Of a DNA stretch of 64,000 nucleotides, positions 55,588 through 64,000 are shown piece after piece. The DNA is taken from the NCBI GenBank assembly GCA_965207885.1, contig OZ242311.1:2304001-2368000 (forward strand). The letters run 5' to 3'. This stretch comes from Candidatus Latescibacterota bacterium. Its GTDB lineage: Bacteria; Latescibacterota; UBA2968. The translations under genes and the position numbers were made by a program. The notes below the pieces were generated by a model. That model worked only from the letters and a program-made list of their open reading frames with translations, ran no database searches and was not told where the DNA came from. Numbering within the stretch: the first letter of the stretch is position 1; every line of letters begins with the position of its first letter.

Positions 55588-56004
55588 TCAACTCGAGATG
55601 ATGCCACCGCTTGGTGGACCGCCCGTTCCTGGAATGCCTCCCTGTCCGGGCGTACCACCGGGCATTGTACCGGGGACGACGATGCGAGAAGATTCCTGGC
55701 GGCGGTATTCTTTGGCTTCTTCAACCATTTGATCAACGGCGGCTTTGATGGCCTGGGGAAATTTTTCTATTGCTTCTTGAAGCGAAGCCGCTTCAATGGG
55801 GGCAGAGATTGGCAGAGGTCCCATTTGAGATATGATCTGTGTGGAGCCGATATATTGGGTGGGGCGGCTGATGTCGTCTGTGCCATCGGCGTTGATGGGA
55901 ATCAGGCGCCGAATTGTGGCGACGCGCAAATCGGTGATGGATTCTTCCCGATAGAGGTTTTGTTGATCAACCTGAATCTGATCGAGTGGCAACTGGTCGG
56001 CCAT
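55588..56004 (-). CDS. conserved hypothetical cytoplasmic protein
   Basis: NLYREESITD....IRRLIP...DG..D.SRP..Y.G.TQI...GPLPI..PIEA.SL.EAIEKF, Gly/Pro-rich tail, GGAG RBS. Confidence 0.7.
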   Translation of the reverse strand: MADQLPLDQIQVDQQNLYREESITDLRVATIRRLIPINADGTDDISRPTQYIGSTQIISQMGPLPISAPIEAASLQEAIEKFPQAIKAAVDQMVEEAKEYRRQESSRIVVPGTMPGGTPGQGGIPGTGGPPSGGIISS

Positions 56005-56097
56005 GAGAGTCTCCAAAAAAAAGGTTACAGGTACGCCCCGCGAGGGGCAAAATGAATGTTGGCGTAAATATAGGGCAAGTTGTGCAAATACGCACTT

Positions 56098-57468
56098 TTA
56101 TTTTACTCTGTTAAGCCCGTTGAGCGCGGCAACGCGATAGGCTTCGGCCATTGTGGGATAGTTGAAGGTGGTGTTGATAAAGTACATGAGTGTATTGGCT
56201 TCACCTTCTTGCGCCATAATGGCTTGCCCAATGTGGATGATTTCAGATGCCTGAGAGCCGAAACAGTGAATGCCCAAAATTTCAAGGGTTTCGCGATGAA
56301 AGATAATTTTGAGCATGCCGGTGAGCCTTCCCGTTACCTGTGCCCGCGCGATATGGCGGAAGTAGGCGTGGCCCACTTCGTAGGGAACTTTTTGAGCTGT
56401 TAGTTCTTTTTCGGTAAATCCGATAGAACTGATTTCGGGAATGGTGTAAATCCCCGTGGGGATGTCTTCTACGAGGTGTTGTTCGCATTCGCCAAAGATG
56501 AGATGGGTGGCGGCAAACCGGCCCTGATCGTAAGCCGCACTCGCCAGACTGGGAAAACCGACGACATCGCCAACGGCATAAATGTGGGGTTGGGCGAGTG
56601 TCTGGTACGCGTCGTTGATGAGAATGGAGCCGCGTTCATCTGTCTCGATTCCGATATTTTCCAATCCCATGTTGTCCGAGTTTCCCGTACGGCCTTCCGC
56701 CCAGAGGAGAATATCGCTGACAATTTGTTTGTTGGATTTCAGAAATACGCGCGCTTCTCTGTCATTGGCTTCAACGCGGTCGTATTCTTCGTTGTGGCGA
56801 ATACGCACTCCGTTTTGGCTGAGATGATAACTGAGGGCGTCGATGATTTCGTCGTCGAGATAGGAGAGCAATTGGCTGCGGCTGTTGATGAGATTGACTT
56901 TTATGCGCAGGCCGCGAAATATGGATGCGTATTCGCAGCCGATTACCCCCGCGCCATAGATGGTGATGATGCGCGGTGTTTCTGTGAGGTCCAGGATGGA
57001 GTCGCTATCGCGAATCCGCGGATGGGAAAAGTCGATGTCGGGCGGTTGATAGGGACGAGATCCCGTGGCGATGATAAATCCCTGGGCTGTGTAGCGTTCG
57101 ATTCCTCCGTTGAGCAATGCGACTTCGACGGTGTGTTCATCGACAAAAGATGCGCGCCCCAGGATAATATCGACATCATTGCGTTCGTAATAGCCCGTGC
57201 GAAGGTCAACCTGATCCTCGATGAGGTCGGCGGCCCGGTCGAGCAATTCGGGAAAACTCGTTGTGCTATGTGTATTGGTATCGATGAGTTGTTGGACATA
57301 GTGGCGCAGTGCTTTGCTCGGTATTGTGGCTCTGTGCGTACTGTTGCCGCCCACATTTTTGAAATTGTCGATGACGGCAACGCGCTTGCCTTCCTTGGTG
57401 GATTTCATCGCCGCGCCTTCTCCGCCGGGGCCAGTGCCTATCACGATGATGTCGTAGTCGCAGGTCAT
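56098..57468 (-). CDS. sthA: soluble pyridine nucleotide transhydrogenase
   Basis: [74 protein letters not shown]. Confidence 0.93.
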   Translation of the reverse strand: MTCDYDIIVIGTGPGGEGAAMKSTKEGKRVAVIDNFKNVGGNSTHRATIPSKALRHYVQQLIDTNTHSTTSFPELLDRAADLIEDQVDLRTGYYERNDVDIILGRASFVDEHTVEVALLNGGIERYTAQGFIIATGSRPYQPPDIDFSHPRIRDSDSILDLTETPRIITIYGAGVIGCEYASIFRGLRIKVNLINSRSQLLSYLDDEIIDALSYHLSQNGVRIRHNEEYDRVEANDREARVFLKSNKQIVSDILLWAEGRTGNSDNMGLENIGIETDERGSILINDAYQTLAQPHIYAVGDVVGFPSLASAAYDQGRFAATHLIFGECEQHLVEDIPTGIYTIPEISSIGFTEKELTAQKVPYEVGHAYFRHIARAQVTGRLTGMLKIIFHRETLEILGIHCFGSQASEIIHIGQAIMAQEGEANTLMYFINTTFNYPTMAEAYRVAALNGLNRVK

Positions 57469-58220
57469 TTTGGATCCAGATATCCCAATTGCACGAGAAA
57501 ATCGTCCATTTGCGCGACGGTTTGTTCATAGGCTGAGCCATCGTCGCGGCCATAGTTGAAAAATCCGTGTCCTTTGCCTTCGTACGCGCAGAGTTCACAG
57601 GTATTGCCCGCTTTGTGCATGGCTTTTGTGAAGCGTTGGGCCTGTTCATAAGGGACGGTTGTGTCATCCGTGCCGTGAAAAATTATGGTGGGCGGCAGGT
57701 TGGAACAGACGTGTTGAAAAGGCGAGATTTCCCGCGGGTCTCTGGGAAAACGTTCGGCGAGGCGTTTTAGGCCAGCGACATCAACGACGGGGTTAAAGAG
57801 TACCATGGCATTGGGCCGGGAAGATATCGCCATATCCTCATCGGGCGCATCCTGGCCAGGAACAGTACCGGTACACGCGCCGACGTGACCGCCGGCTGAT
57901 CCACCACCCGAAGCGATGCGGTTGGGGTCAATGTTGAGTTTATCGGCATGTGTCCTCAGCCAGCGAACCGCTGATTTGCCGTCTTCTACACATTCATAAG
58001 GCGAGGTGTTGTGTTTGCTTTTGATGCGGTATTCAGCCGATGTAGCGAGCATTCCGCGTTTTGCGAGATACTGGCAGTGCGGAAAAAACTGTTGCGGATT
58101 GCCCCCCGTCCAGCCACCGCCAAAGAAGAATACAATAGCGGCTGTCTGTTCGTTAGTGTCGGGTTCAAAGATGTGAATGGCGAGTTCGCCCTGTGGGGTA
58201 GTTTTATATATGCGTTGCAT
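57465..58220 (-). CDS. alpha/beta-hydrolase (HSL-like esterase)
   Basis: [26 protein letters not shown]. Confidence 0.88.
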   Translation of the reverse strand: MQRIYKTTPQGELAIHIFEPDTNEQTAAIVFFFGGGWTGGNPQQFFPHCQYLAKRGMLATSAEYRIKSKHNTSPYECVEDGKSAVRWLRTHADKLNIDPNRIASGGGSAGGHVGACTGTVPGQDAPDEDMAISSRPNAMVLFNPVVDVAGLKRLAERFPRDPREISPFQHVCSNLPPTIIFHGTDDTTVPYEQAQRFTKAMHKAGNTCELCAYEGKGHGFFNYGRDDGSAYEQTVAQMDDFLVQLGYLDPK

Positions 58221-58234
58221 GGCTGATGTCCCTT

Positions 58235-59914
<1,680 letters not shown>

Positions 59915-59915
59915 G

Positions 59916-60623
59916 CTATTTCCCCGGGTTGTCTGATTCCCAACCGCCGAGTAATTTTTCGGCTTCTTCAAGTTGTTGCTTATCGTTAATTGGCAGCCAA
60001 AAATCAGCTTCGATCACTTTAATTTTTCGGCCAGATGCAATCAGTTTCATCCATACATCGGGCGTTTCGTATTCGCCGCGTGCGGATGGTGCGATTTCCG
60101 CGTCAAAGAAATCTCTGTCCATGACCATCGCGCCGTTCCAAACCAAATCTGAAATAAACGTTTGGGGCTTTTCGACTGACCGAAGGAGGTATCCGTTGTC
60201 ATCTGTCACCAGAACTCCAAAATGTTGAGGATGCGTCACTCGCGAGCTAATGAGAGAAAGGTCCTGCTGTTGGACGAGTTTCTGAAGGCCACGCGGTCCA
60301 AAAATATCATCGCCAACCATGCCCAGCCACCGCCCGGTGATTACAGGTGCAGCGACCCGAAATGCATGGGCGATACCCAATGGCTCTTCCTGAACGAGAA
60401 ATACAATGCGCCGCCCCCCATACATGCCATCAGAAAAGTGCTGGCGAATCGCCTCCTCGTGCGGTCCTCCTACAATGAATACGAGTTCGCGTACCTCGCA
60501 CGGCAATCGATCCAGTGCGTGCTCCACGACGGGCTTTCCCGCTATCGGCAATAAGTGCTTCGGTCCCTCATAATCCATCGCCATCCGCGTTCCCTTGCCG
60601 GCTAACAGCACAACTGCTTGCAT
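59916..60623 (-). CDS. sugar-phosphate nucleotidyltransferase (NTP_transferase family)
   Basis: LAGKGTRM, PK.LLPIAGKP, QEEPLG.AHA, GDD, EKP, RGEYE. Confidence 0.88.
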   Translation of the reverse strand: MQAVVLLAGKGTRMAMDYEGPKHLLPIAGKPVVEHALDRLPCEVRELVFIVGGPHEEAIRQHFSDGMYGGRRIVFLVQEEPLGIAHAFRVAAPVITGRWLGMVGDDIFGPRGLQKLVQQQDLSLISSRVTHPQHFGVLVTDDNGYLLRSVEKPQTFISDLVWNGAMVMDRDFFDAEIAPSARGEYETPDVWMKLIASGRKIKVIEADFWLPINDKQQLEEAEKLLGGWESDNPGK

Positions 60624-60647
60624 AAAGTCTCCTGACTACTGATGCTC

Positions 60648-61628
60648 TCAATGACTGTCCCGATAGTGTTGCTTGAGTATATCACTGCCAAAGTCATTGG
60701 TCAGGTCGCGCCAGACAGCGTGGATGTGATTGGCCTCGTCCTGGGTGCAGTCGTATTCGGCGAGGAAGGTGGATCCGAGTACGCGATAGTAGTGGCCTTC
60801 GCCGCGATTTGTGCCGCCAGCCCAGGCGAATGCGGCTGTATCGAGTGAGGTGAGGTTCGCACGCTGGGCTGCTGCTATTCTGTTGGGCAAGCGGGTGATA
60901 TATACATCGATGAGTGCAGTGACAACCTCGCGTTGTGATGCGGTCATGTCCTTGAGTTGCAGACCCTCAATTTGGACTTCTTCATTTACCTGGGGGACAT
61001 TGCGGGTGAGGATGTCGGCGGGTGCTTCGTCACTGATGATTGCCACTCTTTTTTGGTCGCTGTCCAGAGAGGCGAGTAAGTCGCGGGCGAGGTCTTCTTC
61101 TTCTTTGAGGGCGCGCAATCCCTCGTGTTCACCGTGTCGAACCTGTGCGGGATTGGAGCCGAAGAAGACGGGCGTAGGCGCGACGAGTGTGCCGTTGACA
61201 ATGGTGTAATTGACCGAGACGTGATGGCCTTCAAAACGCCAGCTCCAGGTGGTTTCACCATTGGGCGTGCCAAAGACTACGAGGTTGTAGAGATCTGGAT
61301 CGCGCGGGAATCGGCGTCTGGGACCTTCTACTTCGGCGAGTATGGGTTCCAGGTTGATGATTGTTCTGGCTTTGGTGCGCGCCTGTTCGCTCAGTCCGGT
61401 ATCGAGCAGAGCAAATGCTTTGTCTCGCTGATGCGCTTCCATGTCTTTGAGCGCGAGGCCCAATCGGTCGCGCGGGATGTAGTGCCAGTCCTGTCGTGCG
61501 TTTTCATCGCCAAAGCCCAGTTGCGCAGTCGCCGCCTGATCGGGACGTAGAGATGCTAAAAATGCCGTGGCAGCATCGGCCATGCGGTTGGCCGTGTCAA
61601 TCTGGGTATAAAGTTCTTCGAGGTTCAT
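60648..61628 (-). CDS. DUF3500 domain protein
   Basis: WHYIPR.R.GL, FG.P....W.WRFEGHH.S.N, P.FFG.NP, YYR, EYD..Q..ANHIH.VWRD..NDFG. Confidence 0.8.
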   Translation of the reverse strand: MNLEELYTQIDTANRMADAATAFLASLRPDQAATAQLGFGDENARQDWHYIPRDRLGLALKDMEAHQRDKAFALLDTGLSEQARTKARTIINLEPILAEVEGPRRRFPRDPDLYNLVVFGTPNGETTWSWRFEGHHVSVNYTIVNGTLVAPTPVFFGSNPAQVRHGEHEGLRALKEEEDLARDLLASLDSDQKRVAIISDEAPADILTRNVPQVNEEVQIEGLQLKDMTASQREVVTALIDVYITRLPNRIAAAQRANLTSLDTAAFAWAGGTNRGEGHYYRVLGSTFLAEYDCTQDEANHIHAVWRDLTNDFGSDILKQHYRDSH

Positions 61629-61668
61629 GTTCTCAACTCCTTGTGAATGTGGATGTTTCGATTGATTA

Positions 61669-62508
61669 TCACGGAGAATCTGACCGCTGTTTTCGACCCC
61701 CTAACGTGGCGCCACCATCGATGGTCAGTGCTTGTCCGGTGATATTTTTCCCTTTGTCGCTCGCCAAAAAGACGACCATGTGACCCACATCTTCGGGGGT
61801 TTGTTCGGTTCCTAAGGGCACGCTGTTGCGTATCACATCTTCAAAAATTTCTCTTGCGGTAAATCCCTTGTATGCCGGGTTGTTGTTTTTGATTTGAGAT
61901 GCGATCATTTCCCAGGCGCGCGTCCATAGGTAGCCGGGGCATATTGCGTTGACTCTAATCCCACGCCCTGCAAGTTGGCTGGCTAAAGTTCTGGTCAAAT
62001 GAATGACTCCGGCTTTGGCCGCACCGTAAGCGGGCATGGAAACGCTGGGCATTAGCGCGGCGATAGATGCGATGTTGATGATGCTGGATCCGCGGCCGAG
62101 ATGTGGAATGGCTGCTCTGGCGGAGACAAAGGCGGTCCGGAGATTGGTGTGTAGATGCGCGTCCCAATCGTCAACGGATAATTCCGTCAGTGGGATTTCC
62201 AGCGATGCTCTGGCCGCGTTTGTATCCGGTCCTCCAATGCCCGCGTTGTTGACGAGGATGTCGAGTGAGCCGAGTTCTGTAATAATTCGATCTGTTGCCG
62301 CGTGCATGGCGGTTTCATCGGATGCATCGGCTGATAGACCTATTGCAGGCGTTTTGAGCGTTTTTGCGGTTTTTTTCGCACCATCGCCATCCAGATCAGT
62401 AATGGCGATTTTAGCACCCGCATCCGATAGGTGTTGTGCGATGGCTGCTCCAATGCCCCGCGCAGCACCTGTTATGAGTGCAACTCGATTTTGTAATTCC
62501 AGACTCAC
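61669..62508 (-). CDS. short-chain dehydrogenase/reductase
   Basis: TGAARGIG, NNAG, YGAAK, NAICPG, ITGQ...IDGG. GTG start overlaps the upstream stop. Confidence 0.92.
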   Translation of the reverse strand: MSLELQNRVALITGAARGIGAAIAQHLSDAGAKIAITDLDGDGAKKTAKTLKTPAIGLSADASDETAMHAATDRIITELGSLDILVNNAGIGGPDTNAARASLEIPLTELSVDDWDAHLHTNLRTAFVSARAAIPHLGRGSSIINIASIAALMPSVSMPAYGAAKAGVIHLTRTLASQLAGRGIRVNAICPGYLWTRAWEMIASQIKNNNPAYKGFTAREIFEDVIRNSVPLGTEQTPEDVGHMVVFLASDKGKNITGQALTIDGGATLGGRKQRSDSP

Positions 62509-63908
62509 GGTTGTTCCTTTTCTAATTCCAATCCGAGTGTTTTTCCTTTTTGCACGGCGGGAATGCCCGCGCTCATCCATACAGGTGCGGGGGCGTCTTT
62601 GAGATAGTGGTCAAAGAATTGTTGCAGACGGATGCTCCAGTCTTTGCGGTTGTGGTGTTTGCGAATGCCGTGGGCTTCTCCGTTGTAATTGACGAGCCAT
62701 GCGGGTTTGCCCAGGCGGCGCAGGGCGACAAAGAGTTCAATGCCCTGATACCAGGGTACTGCGCCGTCGTCGTCGTTGTGCAAGATGAGCAATGGCGTTT
62801 GAATTTTGTCTGCCCAGAAGATGGGGGAGTTTTCGATAAATCGCGTGGGTGCTTCCCAGAGCGAACCGCCGATGCGACTCTGGCTTTTTTCGTATTGCAT
62901 CATGCGACTCAGTCCCGAAGCCCAGCGAATGCCGCCGTATGCACTGATCATATTTGAGACGGGTGCGCCGGCTTCGGCTGCCCGAAATATATTGGTTCGG
63001 GTGATCATATAGGCGATTTGATAGCCGCCCCAACTGTGGCCCTGTACGCCAATTCGGTCGGGAGCGACAAATCCCCGATTTATGAGGTGCGTCACGCCAG
63101 AGACAACGGCGTTGACGGCACTTTCTCCGGGGAAGCCGACTTTGTAGGGGATGTCCGGAATAAAGATCAGATATCCGCGGCTGACGTAAAATGGGAAATT
63201 TATGGAGGCGCCAGAGGCTCTTGGCGATCGGTGGGCGTGTAGTTGATGGGACATTTTTTCATAGAAATAGACCAGCATGGGATATTTCTGAGCGGGGTCG
63301 AAATTTTCGGGTTTGTAGAGAATGCCCTGCAGGGGTTTGCCGTCGAGTGATACCCATTCGACGAGTTCGGCAGTGCCCCACAGGTAGTCTTTTTGTTGGG
63401 GATTGACTTCGCTTATTTTTCGCGCATTATGAAAATCGAGATCAGCGGTCCAGAGGTCGGGATATTCTTCAAAAGAGGATTGTCTGAAGAGGAGTACGTC
63501 GGTGTCTTTGGCTTTTTGGAGGTTGGAAAACCGTTTGTTGCGCGCGATGAGTTCAGCGGGTTTGTCCGTGCTTTCGATGCGATCCCGATAGTAGCCCATG
63601 GCTTTGGTTTTGAGATTGAAACCCGATAAGAGCAAATCGGCTTTGGGATCGCGTGCCCGTTCTTCGGGGTCGAGGCGTACATATCGAAAGCGCGTTTCGG
63701 TCTCGCGTCCAATCCCTTCAGTGATATTGACGGGTGCTTTGCGCCCGTTGGGATCGGTGAGCCAGATGTCGTAGCGGTCGTAAATGAGAAATTCTTTGTC
63801 GCCTTTTGTCCACCCGGCATTGCCATGTGCGCTGGGTGGATACGGCCAGTCGTGCAATTCGTTGTGAATGGGATGGGGGATATTTTTGCTGACTCTGACG
63901 CGGATCAT
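62505..63908 (-). CDS. S9 (prolyl oligopeptidase/acylaminoacyl peptidase) family protein, apparently N-terminally truncated
   Basis: GHSWGG, NDDDGAV and EAHG triad intact. The ORF begins in what looks like the propeller region, with no signal peptide and an in-frame TGA ~25 codons upstream. Confidence 0.8.
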   Translation of the reverse strand: MIRVRVSKNIPHPIHNELHDWPYPPSAHGNAGWTKGDKEFLIYDRYDIWLTDPNGRKAPVNITEGIGRETETRFRYVRLDPEERARDPKADLLLSGFNLKTKAMGYYRDRIESTDKPAELIARNKRFSNLQKAKDTDVLLFRQSSFEEYPDLWTADLDFHNARKISEVNPQQKDYLWGTAELVEWVSLDGKPLQGILYKPENFDPAQKYPMLVYFYEKMSHQLHAHRSPRASGASINFPFYVSRGYLIFIPDIPYKVGFPGESAVNAVVSGVTHLINRGFVAPDRIGVQGHSWGGYQIAYMITRTNIFRAAEAGAPVSNMISAYGGIRWASGLSRMMQYEKSQSRIGGSLWEAPTRFIENSPIFWADKIQTPLLILHNDDDGAVPWYQGIELFVALRRLGKPAWLVNYNGEAHGIRKHHNRKDWSIRLQQFFDHYLKDAPAPVWMSAGIPAVQKGKTLGLELEKEQP

Positions 63909-63950
63909 ATTTTTGGGTAGTGTCTCAGTTTGAAAATTTGCGGTTTTCTG

Positions 63951-63980
63951 TTGACAGGGGTACGGTGCGTACTTTATTAT
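63951..63980 (+). promoter_or_regulatory. sigma70-type promoter pointing out of the window
   Basis: TTGACA-18 nt-TATTAT. Confidence 0.55.
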
Positions 63981-64000
63981 TCAACTTAACCCGCAGATTT

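Noticed and set aside
56035-56049. GCCCC-GCGA-GGGGC mini-hairpin upstream of the hypothetical gene
   Set aside because: 5-bp stem only; no riboswitch or ncRNA features recognisable.

Overview
Bacterial chromosomal window, gene-dense. I found no rRNA, tRNA, CRISPR array, transposase, integrase or transcription-factor gene. A T9SS-style C-terminal sorting tail followed by a PorV/PorQ-family gene, plus DUF6785-type membrane proteins, suggest an FCB-related diderm such as Latescibacterota; this is inference only. Bases ~1-35.8 kb form a visibly more GC-rich, patchwork catabolic island of two convergent gene runs aimed at amide/lactam/ester/sulfate cleavage. It holds two paralogous 662-aa DUF6785-like transporters, four neutral-ceramidase-fold hydrolases (three with a His->Gln change in the metal motif), and three hydantoinase/oxoprolinase A+B pairs (one B subunit fused to a PLP aminotransferase). 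It also holds MlrC/M81, CocE/NonD, DUF3604, a sulfatase, a threonine aldolase, an acyl-CoA ligase and a GH106-like glycosidase. Bases ~36-64 kb look like host backbone: sulfatase/DegT/amidohydrolase genes, an orphan ferredoxin-less IorA, and a nagA-epimerase-dehydratase run continuing into an unusual secreted-lectin-like + ExbB/MotA-like + ExbD-like trio. They also contain an AT-rich ABC-ATPase + TOPRIM (PARIS-like) cassette, a lipoprotein of four tandem Cache domains with no output domain, sthA, ettA and a 5'-truncated S9 peptidase. Family calls come from motif recognition by eye, not from database searches. Several start codons were moved from the ORF track to the position with the best ribosome-binding site (RBS).
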